In this document: positions 25,201 to 39,195 of the stretch, in pieces
Numbering within the stretch: the first letter of the stretch is position 1
Layout of the letters: every line of letters starts with the position of its first letter
Source of the DNA: Dimorphilus gyrociliatus
Taxonomy: Eukaryota > Animalia > Annelida
NCBI GenBank assembly: GCA_904063045.1
Contig: CAJFCJ010000002.1
Span: 2,723,891 to 2,787,890 of the forward strand
Direction: 5' to 3'
DNA length: 64,000 nucleotides
Made by a program: the position numbers and the translations under genes
The notes under the pieces: generated by a model
Told to the model about the DNA's origin: nothing
The model's input: only the letters and a program-made list of their open reading frames with translations
Databases searched by the model: none

Positions 25201-28200
25201 AAGCGCTAATTGCGATTTCGAGAATACTTTTGTATCTGGATATCGAAATAGAAACACTTCAACCAAAACCATTGAATGGAAAAGATTTAGAGGTTCTACG
25301 AAATCCAGTGGAAGTGGTTACAGCAATTTAAGGTTTGATTACACTAAAAAATCCTCTCTGGGTCATTATATGTTGGTTGATTCGAGTGTGGCTGGACAAC
25401 CAGTTGGCGAACTGGCACAGTTGCTTTCTCCAGTTATTAATGAAAATTCACAGCAAAATTGTTTAAGATTTTACTACTATATGTTCAATTTTCATGAAGA
25501 TCCATCTAAAATGGGAAATCTAACAGTGAAGCTATACTTTAATGATTTAGACATTCGACCACTTTACCGTATTGTTGGCCGGCAACCAGATGGTTGGCAA
25601 TCTGCTTGGGTTACAATTCCACAGACAAATTTATCATACTCTCTTCTCTTCGAAGTAAAGATTGGAGAACAATTTACGTCCGATATTGCTATTGATGATA
25701 TTAAATTAGATTTCGGGGAATCGTGTGAAGAATTGTTAGATATTCCTATTAAACCAGTGCCGCTCGATCCTACAGAGTTTTTATGCAAATACGGAGATAA
25801 AATTAACAAAACGAAATTCTGTGACGGAGTTGAGGATTGCCCAGACGGAAGTGATGAACTTCAAGACGAATGCATTCAAAGTGTGTAAACATAATTCTTG
25901 AATTATTTATATATATGTTTTGATATTTTAAAAAGGAAATAATGTATCCTGCATTTTTGACCATGATTATATGTGTGGATATAAAATTGAAGGTTTGAAA
26001 TATTCTAAATGGCATAAAACTTCCGTAATCGTTGACAAGAGTGAGTTTAAAAGTACTGAGTTTCATTTACACTTTTCTAAAAGTATTTTAATCCTCTCTC
26101 AGCTAAATATACTGCATTAAAAGGGGATAAGTTACTAAACGCTGGTTTCAACTCTGAAATTATTTCTCCAGTAGTTAATTTTTTCGAAAAAGGATGCATT
26201 GAAGTTGTACTGTATGTATTAAATTATTATGACGTTGGCAATCGATTTCAAGTTATTCAAAAATTTGAAACTTCTGAAAAGTTACTTTATGAGTAGGATA
26301 TTCTTAAAACTAATTATTTAATAATGTTTATTAAGTTATTCTGAAATATAGCGCCAAACCAGTGCTTTTATTATCGCAAACTTGGCGAAATTTATTAGTT
26401 CAAGTTTATCCTGGTAAGAGTCAGATCATTGTCAGAAGATTGTCAAAACTTAGTAATAGGTGGGGATGGCAATACAATTATTTGGCTATAAAGGAAATAA
26501 AATATCATAACAATTTGTGCAATGTTGTCAGTAAGTATCATATCTTTCGAATTTATTTTGTCGATTGACAGAAACAAACTTCAAAACAATTATTTATTAG
26601 AAAAAAGTTGGGGAGGTTTTTCTAAGTCATGTGAATTTGATTCTTCCGCTCTTTGTGGATTTGATCAAGATTATACTACTATTCACAGTCGTTTTTCCTA
26701 TTTAAAACCTACCTTTGTAACTGAATCAAAAGCCACTCTTCTTCTTCAGTCCGATATATACCGACTAAAGGATCCTTTTCGATTGACATCACCAGAGTTT
26801 AATGTGACAACAGCGAGCTGTTTACAATTCTGGTAAACTTAAATATGATGATATACAAATTGGAAATGAGGAAAATTTAATTTTTATAGGTTTAATTTTA
26901 ATTCAATCAACACTTATAAGTATGAGTCTGCAACATATCTTAATGTCTATTGGAAAGCTAATGGAACAGAGCAAAGACTTTGGCAAATTACTGGTAAAAT
27001 AGCCACACAGAGTTCTCAATGGACTGAAACAGAAATACCAATTGGTTTTGGCAGTATAATTTTTGAAGCACATGGTGTTTTTAACTCATATGCTCTATCT
27101 ATAAATCGATATAATATATCAGAAGGAAACTGTCCCAATCCCGAAGGTTAATCACATTTCTTTATAAAGAATAGTAACTAAAATATAATTCTTTTACAGA
27201 TGTCTGTAAAACAAAAACGTATTGCGTATCTGTACCGTACTGTGTACCCAATTATTTAGTTTGTGATGGTAAACAAGATTGCCCGGGTGGAGAAGAAGAA
27301 AAAAATTGTACACTTTGTTCTACAAACAATGATAAAAATTGCATTGAGAATAGTGGAGACAAAAAAGACGAAGACAACAATGAGGATGACAAAAATTCCG
27401 GTTCAGGAGAATCTGGTTTTGAAGAGTCAGGTTCAGGAGATGAAGAGTCAGGAGATGAAGACTGGAAAAACAAACAAAACGAAGACACTGCCGAAGAAAA
27501 GATTCTTGGAAAAAAAGTACATTATGGATTGTTCTTTACTGGAACTACAGGCTTAAATGATAGTATTCAGGTTAATAATTATTTTTTTAAATTATCCTTA
27601 TATTCTAAAAAAATTCTTTTAATCAAGTTCGCACTGAATATCCCTTATAATACATCCGATATTGAAATTGAAAGTTTAAAAATATGGGAAAAAATGAAAA
27701 ATCAGACTATAGGAACAGTAGAATCAATAAGTATATTGCAATATTTTCAGTTCATTTACAAACACACTTCCACTTAATTGTATCATTTGTCTATTTAGCT
27801 GTAAACAATTTGAGAAGGTTTCATACAGATGCAGCACATGAAAAACAAAATCTCATACATAAGTAAATCTATTTTCATTCTCTTAAACATCACTTATCAA
27901 TAATTTCATCTACCATTTAAGATGTTCATGGGAAGGGGTTCCCTGCTCTCATTTAAATTTTTCCTCTATTCTCACCGATTACGGTTATTGCCATACTTTC
28001 AACTGGAATGAAGACAACATACTAACAACAACAAAAACTGGTGAATTATCCAATACTTACAAAAACATTCACCTTATCAAAAATAAATATTCATTAATTA
28101 TTCAATATTTTTCATAGGTTCAAGTTCAGGATTGACTTTGATCTTAAATGTAGAAGAATATGAATATATGAAAGGTCCGCAAAACGATGCTGGAGTTAAA

Positions 28201-30595
28201 ATGTTTCTTCACAACGCAAATGAAGTTCCTTTCGTAAGAGATTTAGGTTTTGCAGCTGCTCCCGGTCTCCATTCACTCGTCTCTGTTCAGTATAGCGAGG
28301 TATTATCAAATATATGAAATCATATTTGTCTTGATTGAATACAAAACTCTATTCGCTACAAATGTTTATAGAATGTTGGTTTACCGGATCCATGGGGCGT
28401 TTGTGGAACGAAACCATTAAAATATTTCCCAAAATATACTTATTCAGCTTGTGAGAGAGAATGTGAAACAGATGCAGTTGTGAAGCAATGCGGTTGCAGG
28501 AACTCTTTTATGCCACCGGAAGCTGATAGAAATCAAACGGTATATTGTACAACAGACCAATATTTCAATTGCTTAGTTCATATGAGAGGTACTTTGGGAT
28601 CGAATAAGAAAAGTTGCAAATGCGTGGAGCCTTGTACAATAACGGGATATCAGTCTTCATTGTCTTATTCAGCAATATCATCTCTAAGTGTTGAAAAATT
28701 GTTGAGTATCAATACACAAACTCTGAAGAATAATTTTTATAAAGTAGAACATCTGAAACAAAGAATTGCTGGTTCAAATTTTGTAAATGACTTGAAAATT
28801 TTAGAAAATGTTTTACATAGTTTTAATGCTCTGTACAAATATGCAAAAGTAAATACCTTATCGTATGAGAAGTCAATCTTCTATAAACTGAGAAGATGTA
28901 TGGATAGGATGCTCTCAATCTATCAATCTGATATGGAACTGATATATCCTATTCTTAATCAATATTACGATGCTTATGAAGAAGCTTATGGTACAAGTAG
29001 ATTAGCCATGAAATCATCGTTTGAATCTATCCAAATTAAATCAGCTGCTGTTTTACAAAAAGCTCTAGACAGTACAGAAAGCACTGATGTTAAGAATGAT
29101 GAAATGATCTCTTTAGTTGCCGAATATAATGCCACAATTGATCTAATTGACCGCTTTCAGAATTATGTTGAAGAAAGAAAGTCTCCCTTTATTTTAAACG
29201 TAACGACAACTGATAAATTACCTCCAAAACAATATATCACTGAAAGTAGAGCTGAACAGTGCGATGAATACAAAAAGAAAAATATTTTACTATTAAATAG
29301 CATAATTCGTACCTTATCCCTTCTAGATACAAAACAATTGAAATGGGAATTTAAAAGAGACTACTCCACCCTTTCCAAAAACGGTAGAAAGTATATGGGC
29401 TGTTTAGAAGAATATTATTCAATTGTTAAACACTTTGGAGAATGGCAAGAAGAAAAAGAAAAAAGTATTAAAGCTTTACTGAGAGATGAAGGATTATTCC
29501 CGGAAATTCAAAATTTTGACTTTGAAGCAGAATGGGAAGAAATTGATTACGTGAAAGAAAAAGTACTTGATTTCATGGAAGAATATATGAAACATTCAAC
29601 GAATAAACTCGATAACAAACACAATCTAGATTCTTCGATAATAAATCAAGCAATCAGCAATATTAATTCATTTATTCGTAAAATTCAAACTCGTCTTGTT
29701 GATACAATGAGAAACAAAGTTTCTGTGACTTCCCGTTCTATAAAAACTGGCTATTCGGATGCTATCGAAAGAATCGAACGAATTTTTCCATATCAGAGTG
29801 GAAAGGGACGTGAAATTTTATCATCAATTTCGCAAAATCTGTCGATATGGTGGAGACCGCGAGCAAACGTAGAAGAGCCATCAACGCCGTATCGAGGAGA
29901 TCTCTATTTAAGAGTAAATTACACTTTTGCATAGATAAGACAAGAATGAACATTCATTTTTTGCAGATTCCAAGCAACTTGACGACGTTTCGCGAGAAAT
30001 TGCTTGAAATTAATTTACAGGAAATCCTAGATGAATACTTTGCTCCTGTAAGAAGTTCTTTGGCTCATTTTGAAAACTTTATGTCTGATTTGGAAGCGAA
30101 TTTAATTAAGCCATTACAACAATTATCAACTAGTATTAATGATTATATCATAAAAACGAAGATAAATGAAAAGTTTGTTCTGTAAGTTGTTTAATGAATT
30201 GTATTCTCTTTTCTTTTTTATAGACGATTTTTCGATTTTACTGTCATATTAATAGAACTAATTAAGAACTTTGTATGATTAAATTAGGGACAACTTTATT
30301 ACTGTCGACGTCTTTTTTGCACAACTGAAATATCAAAAGATTGAACAACAAGTTGCGTATGATATAAGTAACTTCTTTAGTAAGTAGTTTTTATTAGGCT
30401 TTTATTATTTGCATAACATTTAATTTAACCTTTTATCAATGAATTATAGGCGAAGTGGGTGGTTTTCTTGGTCTTTTTCTTGGTGGAAGCGTTTTGAGTC
30501 TATTGGAATTATTTGATTTTATGCTTAACCTTTTAACTAGAAAATTTGATATGAAATCATCTAAAGTGTCAGATTCTGTTATTTCTTTGAAATAG
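22242..30595 (+). CDS. Giant DEG/ENaC subunit, copy B (tandem paralog, same module architecture)
   Basis: Same exon series as copy A, with offsets 9709, 9725 and 9557 in shared tracts. First exon [15 protein letters not shown] (22242-22286) matches A's [15 protein letters not shown]. Extra intron 23175-23239. Diverged exons stay open with conserved Cys and splice phases. Ends [17 protein letters not shown]-stop. In-frame TGA at 22418-22420 if the first acceptor is used; downstream ATG at 22466. Confidence 0.85.
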
Positions 30596-33500
30596 AAAGT
30601 GAGTAATATTTTGAAGATTGTGAATGGGAAGGAAAAAGTTTGGTTTTTTCAGCTGCCTCTGACGTAATTGTTGTGAAGTTATTGACTTTTAAAGTTTGCA
30701 CTACTGCGTCAATATTCATCTTCTCTTTTTAAATTAGTTTAATTAAGTGGGAGCGAAATGCAATATACAGAGAAATAACGAGAAAGAAAGTGTATTCGTT
30801 TGTTTAAAGCTTTTTTTTATGAATACAACACGTTTGAATATCTCTATTTTTAGTTTTGTGTATAGTTTTAATTAGTTTTAAATAAAGTAGGCTGTTAATG
30901 CAAGACTATGCAAAATCTAATTAGTTTGATTGACTCTTTCTATCTTTGAGTGAAATTGTTTTAAATCCTTTACTTTAGAGATCTCTTAGGAGCAATCCAC
31001 TAGATGGAGTATTACTGAGCTTACTCGTATTTCCTATTTTCATTTGATAATGGAAGGAAGAATAGTTTTATCTTTCAAACGAAGTCGTTAAGTTATTTCT
31101 ATTTATATAAATATACTATGTTGCTTACTATCAAATATATTTACTAATATATATATATATATATCTATATATAATATATACATGTATATACATATATACT
31201 ATGTATGTATGCTTATATAGAGATGATATTTATTCTTCTAATTGACCTTTTACTTACTCTTCTCTTCTTTTTCTTACTATTTTTCCTCTTTGTTAGGGAT
31301 AAATCATCCGTATAAAACGCCATCTGTATTGAAAATATACTATATTTTATTATACTATGATTCAATACTTTCATAAAATAGTTCATTTGAAACTGTTTTT
31401 ACCCCAACTAATCCTTATTATTTCTAAAAGAAAGGGAGAGAAAAAAAGAATGAATTATTAATATAAATTTGATTTTTTATTCAATCGTTAACGGTTTTCT
31501 CGAGTAATAAAAAAACATTTCTCGGATAATTTTCTGCAAATAAAGACCCTACTTTTTTTCCCTTTCCCTTTTAAAGACTGTTATCCTTTTTAAAAGGAGA
31601 GAGACGAGCACAGTTTAATTTTTGACAAAGTTGACAATCATAGCCCTAATTCCAATGAACTTTGGATGACTAATCCTCAATGGGAACTCTTTATCGTACT
31701 CTCCTGAACGAATTTTAAGGAGTAATGGTCAATGATACCGACTTGATTAAATCTCTCTAGTGACCGTACGCTTTTTTTTTGACAAACCTTTCTTTGACAA
31801 CTTTATTGTAAAAGGAAAACAAAGACAAATCAATATTTGCCAAGTTTACTAGGAATATCTAAATTTAAAAAATCTTTTGTTGCCAATAGGCTTATATTTA
31901 AGTTATTATTATCATTATTTTAATAATTTTAAGTTATTCCTTAGTGCATATTTCACTTCCTGGGGGTTTTTTCCCTGCATTTAATCAAGACACTTTATCT
32001 AGTTTTTCCCCTCATATCTATTGTTTTATCGATAGGGTTTACCTTCGTACAGATTAGCTAATCAATGTATTTGTTGTAGTGCCAATATATGTGTTTACAC
32101 TAAAGCTTTAAGGGCTTAGAAGATCATGAAAAAAAAATTGAAAAAAGCTTTTCCACTAATATTTTAGGTATTAAAAGAAAGGTTTTATAAATTAATATTA
32201 AATTGAATATAGTGAATAAAGGAAAATAAGCATATTTTTAATTATCTTTTTACTACGAATGATAAATCTATTTATACTTAGTTAATTTATTTAGAAAACA
32301 ATATGGCAGGTGATTTAAAACAGCACTTTTCATCAATTTGATTTTATCTCTCCAGTATACATACCCATGTTATTAGTTAGCGGCTATATTTACCTAAACA
32401 AAATCGCTTTAGTTTATATGCAAAGAACTACAAGAAAGAAAGATATCTAAGGTAATTTTTTAATTCTTTTTTTTACCTTTCTCACTCCCCCTCCCATTCC
32501 CGCCCCCTTCTAAACATTTATCAATCTATTTACTATCTGTTTTCTCTCTTATTTTTTCACTTTTCAACGCGTTTATCTTGTTATCATATTAAATCAATAT
32601 ATTTGATCAATATAAGTATCGATATACCTTATAAAATTTTTATATTACTCGTAAAAACACCCGTGCAAACGTTGTACATTTGTTATTCATTCTCCTATAA
32701 CTTTTGCCTGGAAGGTTTCATAATCAAGATTACAATTTTTTTTTGCTAGCTGCATAAATAGTACTCTGAGATGCTGGTTGGAAAAAAAAAAGAAGAGAGT
32801 AGGCCTATATGTTTTAAACACCATTCCTCTTTAGCCAAGTAATCCAATATCTTTATGTACTAGGGGTAGAGTATATTTTTTAGGGAATGTTTGATTAATT
32901 TAATCCTCTTTAATTGTTGAACGGTGTTGGAGTACCTTGATCTATATACAGTTTATTTCTTAATATACCATTATTTCTGCCTTTGTTAACGTCAAAAACG
33001 TTTTAAAGTAAATCGAAGACAAGCTTTTCTTTTTTGTCGAAGGTTTACGGACACTGCGTTTATACGACCTTGCTGAAATTTGAAACGTTTTCGATTGATT
33101 AGGTTCTAGGCGGGATTTCCACAGATGTATAAAGTATGAGATTTTGTCGATATTTATTACAACGAAAATGACTTGGTTAACCCGATTAGCTGTACTATAA
33201 ATACCGAAGATTATTTTAAGATACTTTTTCAGTTATATTAACCGAATGGGTGTGAGTATAAGAGAGAAATTGTTTATCTAAATAATAAAGGAATTTTACG
33301 AGCGATAATTTAAGCATGCAACTGCTGGCTAATCTTTTGCTGGACTATTGACTAACAATAAAAGTCAGTGAGGTATTCTTACGAACAATTTAATTGCTCT
33401 ATTAATTCCGGTTTCTAAAACATATTGTATTCTATAAAAGCAATCTAATAACATCAATATAGTTAATAGGAGAGAGAAAATAATTTTAGATAGAATTTCA

Positions 33501-35459
33501 TCAATTGACCTTGATAAAATATTTAAATGACAAAATATTATTTAAGAAAGAAAAGTGAACATTTCATAAAGAATAATCTAAATAAGAAAACTCCACTATT
33601 TATTAATCATAAATGTAATATTTATTTAGTAAAAACTATGCAAGCAAATACTTTATATAGAGTTAATAGGAAGTTAAGGAAAGAGAAAGGAATTGCTTTA
33701 CTCAACCATTTCTATAAAAGCAGAAAAGAAGTATCAATTAGGTATTCTCTTCGTTATATATCTAGCGTAAATTGATACTAAGAATTTATGATTAAATCCA
33801 CTAACGTGTATGGCTTCTAACGTCGAGAGATAGTAAAAAAATCTGTAATGAAACAAGTTATAGTTGGAAATTAAATACATTTTTAGATGAAATAATATCT
33901 GTTGTAGGGAAAGAAATTAGGTTAGGAAATATATATATATATATATATATATAGCATGAGGAAAGCGAGAGAAAAAGCGAGTGCCAACTGTACAGTATAT
34001 ATATATATATAGATAAATGTTCAAAATTCTCATCTGGAATATTTATTGAATTTCTTTCTGCTCTGTCTTTCACCTCTTCTGTTTCTCTCTTAATCTCTCT
34101 CAAAATTTTTAAGCGAATCTTCTCAACAGTTGTTTTTTTCTGACAAATAAACATCTAAAAATAATGCAATCAACGCGATTGACTTCAACAAGATAAAAAA
34201 TACGATCGTCTGCCTAAAATGAAGAAACAATATAATAAAAAAAGACCTCTAATAAATAACTAGTTTTCTTTACTGTCCTCATTTGAGGTAAAATAGTCGA
34301 ATACATATGAAACGTAATAAGATTATTGTACAGATATATTTCACACTTACTTAATTATTTTCACACTTCTTTAAGCTTCTTTTCAGTTAAAATCTGTCCC
34401 TTGTCTCACTCACTCCCTTCTATATTATAACCCCTCCTTTCTTACATATTAACTGTTAACTAACCTTTACCTCTGATAAAAAGATATGATTATTGATAAA
34501 ATTGAAATAAAATTTCAGACTTGTATAAATATGATATATACCTTTTTTACATTCAGCTCTATTGTTTTAAATTAATATCAACAATACAAAGAAGTCGTTA
34601 CAATTATTGAAAATCCCATTAATAACGTTGAATAAGGCTATGGTAGTAATACACTAATGCCATTGATATATTCAAATCTAAAATTGGGCACCCAATTAAT
34701 CTATTATCAATATTCATGAAGAGTAACAAACCTAGTGAAAAGCTGTTTCCTGTCTACGATCGATATTTATAAGTTTCCGATATATTATTATTATCACTAC
34801 AACTATTATTATTACTATTTTGTTCTGTTTTTAAAAAAAAGAAACTATTTTAAACCTACAAGTTGAAAGATAGGGGAGAGAAATGGAATTGTTTGCTAAA
34901 TTACAATTTGCTCTATTCTCTGTTATATTTAAAAAGAACTATAAAAAAATAGAATTTTCTCCTTAACATCATTACATTTATTAAATATATTTTATTTCGT
35001 CTATTTGGTCAAATATTCTTCTGTTGAGGCAAAGTTGAAAAAAATTCCTATATTCCCTACTTAGGAAGGCTTTCTCCCTAAAGTTTCTGATAACGACGCT
35101 TGACAAATCACTGAACTCTAAGATATACATTTGCGAATTGCATTTACTATTCGTAGAAAAGGACAATGGATAAAGTATTGTTGTAAAAATACAAATGTAT
35201 TAGGTAACAGGCAAGAAAGAACAATGAGAAGGTCCTCGCGCTGTCTATATAGCAGTTAAATGAAAGGCGCGAAGGATTCCCGGGCCAGCCAGAACCTATC
35301 TATTTGCGCGAACAGCTAGCGGCCTGAGGGAGACAATAGCGAACATTAAGCATGCAAATATTTGTACTAGCCCTTTTTCGTTTCAGCAGTCGCCAAGCAC
35401 TAGCACGCGCTGCGGATCGACCATTATCTACGCAGCCTTTTTTTTCTTCCTCACACCAC

Positions 35460-35461
<2 letters not shown>

Positions 35462-35515
<54 letters not shown>
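35462..35515. repeat. (CT)n microsatellite next to mir-31
   Basis: Direct inspection. Confidence 0.95.
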
Positions 35516-35518
<3 letters not shown>

Positions 35519-35571
35519 TTCTCTTCCTTTTCTACCTAATTCACATTCCCTGGAAATTCGACGCTGCTCCG

Positions 35572-35660
35572 AACAGTATGAGGGCAATATGCAACACAGC
35601 TGAGGCAAAGAATTTTTCGTATACGAACTCAGCTATGCCAACATCTTGCCTTGTTCTGTT
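35572..35660 (-). ncRNA. mir-31: microRNA mir-31 precursor hairpin
   Basis: Reverse complement of 35631..35651 is AGGCAAGATGTTGGCATAGCT, the invertebrate miR-31-5p sequence. The 3' arm TCAGCTGTGTTGCATATTGCCCT (35603..35581) pairs with it, and flanks AACAG/CTGTT extend the stem. Confidence 0.93.
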
Positions 35661-38600
35661 CGGAAATAAAAACAATTGCTTGTTCGTTATTCACCCTTAC
35701 TTCACTGAGGGATTCGTCTTATCTGTTAAGATTAAAAGAACTTGTATAATATTTAAAGGTTGATGAGTATATATATATCATAGAAATTTTTATAACAAGT
35801 AGAAAACTACTCTATAAATTCAGAAAATATAATAATCAAAGATTATTACTCAAAATAGCCTTGTATCCGAAAGAATTTTATATAAATATCTGCCACTATA
35901 GAGAGTTTTTTTTATAGAAATGTGTAGATATTTTTATATATGTATTAATTTTCCTCCAAACATCCGATAACACGATTGGTAGCTATATAACCGCTATATC
36001 TGTGTATTCATCTCCAGCAGCTTAACGTTTAGAGACATAAGAATAAATAAGCATATGCGAAAGATTGCATTTTTTTTCTATATTTTTTTAACTAAAAGTC
36101 TCTATAAAAACTAAATCTATAGTTTTCTTCTTTTTTTCAACTCCTCATTTAAAGGTTTAGGGGAAAAAATGGAATATAAAAAACAACCACACAAGCTCAT
36201 ACTTTATAAACGAGATAATTGATGATTCTTTTTAATAAAGTAAAGACCTTAAATATCTAAGCAGACATATATTTATATATTTAATATCAACAAGTAGTTA
36301 CTGCGCACTTGATATGTTTAAGTATTTAAATATAATTAGCAACAGAGGAATGAAAAGGTACGTTTAAAATAGTAAAATAAGGGAAAAAGAAAATAATCCA
36401 GATTTTATTTGTAGTTGAAGGATAGAAGGTTATCGAGTACTCTGACAAATTCTTTGCGAATCTGTTTAATATATAGTAAACCGGGCGTAGAAGGCGTGAT
36501 ATTTTTACAAGTCATGAACACCGCTAAGGTGGCCGTTGTATAAACAATACAAGCTGCGCGTAGCCCGCCTTTGATCATCATATGTTGCCCATATTCATAT
36601 TCACCGTATACACATTTACCGTGTATATATATTTATTATCTTTCTTACTCTTCTCCCACCTTTTAGTCCACCCCAATATACAGTCTTTTAGTTCTCTCCT
36701 TTCTATAAAACTTTTCCTTTCACCTAACCCCTGTAAACTCTGCACTGCAACTCTCTTCGCATATCATTTTTATTCGCCTATTTATATATATATTTATATC
36801 TAAAATAGCAATTTATGAAAAGATGACACGTCAATAGCTAGTATTTAAAATTTTAATAGAATCCTGTAATAACATTGTATACATTTCATACGTTTAACAA
36901 TTCGGATATATAACCTGAACTATTATATTAATAATAGTTTTCGTTCCCTCCCATACTTTCGTTCTCTGTTCTTAGATAACTCTAAATATTAGTTATTCAT
37001 TTCAAGAGTATTTGATCTAAAAATAGTAATAGAAAGGAACGCCCCCTCCCTCTATATTATGAAAATACCCAGTGATACACAGACCCATATATCCCTTTCT
37101 ATATACTTTTTTCTGTTAGGGAATCTGACACGTGACCTGATCTTGGTTGGGGATATCTATATACCATATATTTCGTTTTCATGTTTATAGCGTAATCTCG
37201 TTTTTCTTTTCTCACTTTATGCTGTCCCATTTTACCTTTTAATAGGTGAAAGCACCCGAAAACCTTACCGTAAAAGTACTCTATGAAAAGAAAAGGCGAC
37301 ATAATAAGCCAATTAGAGTCTGTCACTCGACCTCAGTCTCTACTCTTCGCAGCCTAATTGTTTCCAGTTGCGCAACGTTTGTAAAACAACTGTAAACTAT
37401 GGCATGAAACTGGAAAATAAACACAATCTATTAAGGAAACGTCAAATCCAATTTATTTAAATAGATATTTAAACATGGGAAGGTGGGAGGAAAAAATTAC
37501 GAGAATATTTTCCAAAATAACCCTACGGTTAGCCCAATCTTCCTCTTTTCCTTCCCACATATCAAGGAAAGGGAGTACGTAACTAGCCTCCAGGGTTTTT
37601 CCCTTTTAAAAATTTACCAAGCAAGAGTTTCGTTAAAACGGCATTGTTAATCGACCGTATTATGTTCGCACACGTAATATCAATAGCTATCTATTTGTTT
37701 TGAATTGCAAATTTTTTTCTCGTTATTAAGACGGGCGTTCGCATCGATTCCTCACCGGAATGCAGCGGAAAGAAAACACACATAAAAATCGGCTCAATAT
37801 TATAGATTAACTCGACATACTCACTTTACACATAACAAATCCATAAATTCCCGACATCCGATATGTCCGATTGATTAATAAGGAGTTTGGACCGACATTT
37901 TTAAGATGAGAGGCACACATAGCGATAAGGAGGGGAGAAAAGAAAGGAAAGAGATATATCTAGGTTAGAATATTCGACTAAGGAACAATATGAATCAATG
38001 AATTCTCTCTCTCTCTCCATCCATCCTTATAAAACCTTCTTATTCTTCCTTTTCTCTATCCTACATCCTGTCAGCCTTCTCTCTCGCACAATTTTCACCC
38101 TTCCTCACAGTCTTTTTATAAAACGTGTAAACTTTTACTCTTAACTTAGGTAAGAAGAGCTGAGGGAAGAGTGAAATTTCTCTTTCATTCACTCTCTCAC
38201 TCTTTTTTGAGCGCTTGTTTAAACAAACGCGCCGCCCCAACCCTGCCTTGAACAAACTCTGTCGTTGAACAAACATATGCGCACAGAAAAGCGTGTTTGC
38301 TCTCGTTGAATATGAATAGAAGCTGTCGATTTGCTAGTTCGTTTTATGTTTTTAACGTAAGACCTTCTGTTCAGTTACTTAATCCTAGTACCTCAACAGG
38401 GAAGAAAGGGGAAAAATAGAAATATAAATTCAAAATGTGAATAAAGAGAGAGAGAGAGAGAGAACAAGTGATAAAGAGAACATACCAATAAAGAGAGAGG
38501 TCTACAACACATGGATAAGAGAAAAGGAGCCAATATTTTCATTACCTTCCTCCTTATCTCTTTTTCATTAAAAGGCCTTCGAATACTTTACTTATTTCAA

Positions 38601-39141
38601 TTCTAGATGGTTGTTTCTCGTATGTTTTTTATCTCTTAAAGTTTATTGGAAGTTTAAAACTAATTGTGAATAATCTAGAGCTGAATTCAACAGCAGCTGC
38701 TATGTGCATATACGAACTAATACAAACATAGCAATACATAATGAATAAAAATACGTGTATACATTAAATCTTTTGACTCTCTGACACACAAGACATAACC
38801 TATGCACCATATACCTATATATATATATATATATCCATATATAAAGATATATACATATATATATATATATAGTAGGCGAGGATGATCGATTTAGTTCTCT
38901 GCACTGATAATAAATAGGATTGGGGTACAGTAGGCATAGTATATCTGATATAGCAGTCTAAGAAACGCTTATAAAACGTCTTTTTCCCACAAATATAGTG
39001 AGAAATATGGAAAAATGAAAAAAAAAAACTATGAGAATATAATAAAAACATGAAAGTTAGACGTATCATCGAAGAAATTATAGATACTATAGCTATTTCC
39101 TCTCCCCACCCGTTCTCATCCTAGTTTTTTCTTTCTTTCTT

Positions 39142-39145
<4 letters not shown>

Positions 39146-39191
<46 letters not shown>

Positions 39192-39195
39192 TCTC
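39146..39195. repeat. (CT)n microsatellite
   Basis: Direct inspection. Confidence 0.95.

Larger units (their letters stand above)
12604..30595 (+). repeat. Direct tandem gene duplication (~9.6 kb unit) with alternating near-identical and diverged tracts
   Basis: Near-identical, including introns: A 12815-13401 = B 22524-23110; A ~14564-16274 = B ~24289-25999; A ~18091-20975 = B ~27648-30532. Also A ~14157-14292 = B ~23868-24003 (mostly exon). Intervening segments are diverged. Confidence 0.95.

Noticed and set aside
12604-30595. Idea that the channel duplication is only an uncollapsed haplotype
   Set aside because: Kilobase-scale protein divergence, different introns, an intron presence/absence difference and different termini exceed plausible allelic variation. 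Only the identical tracts still need read-level checking.
35300-35608. ORFs with ERERER or SLSLSL runs (also 21989-22264, 33858-34154, 42011-42244, 57713-57952, 60055-60279)
   Set aside because: Translations of dinucleotide or trinucleotide microsatellites.
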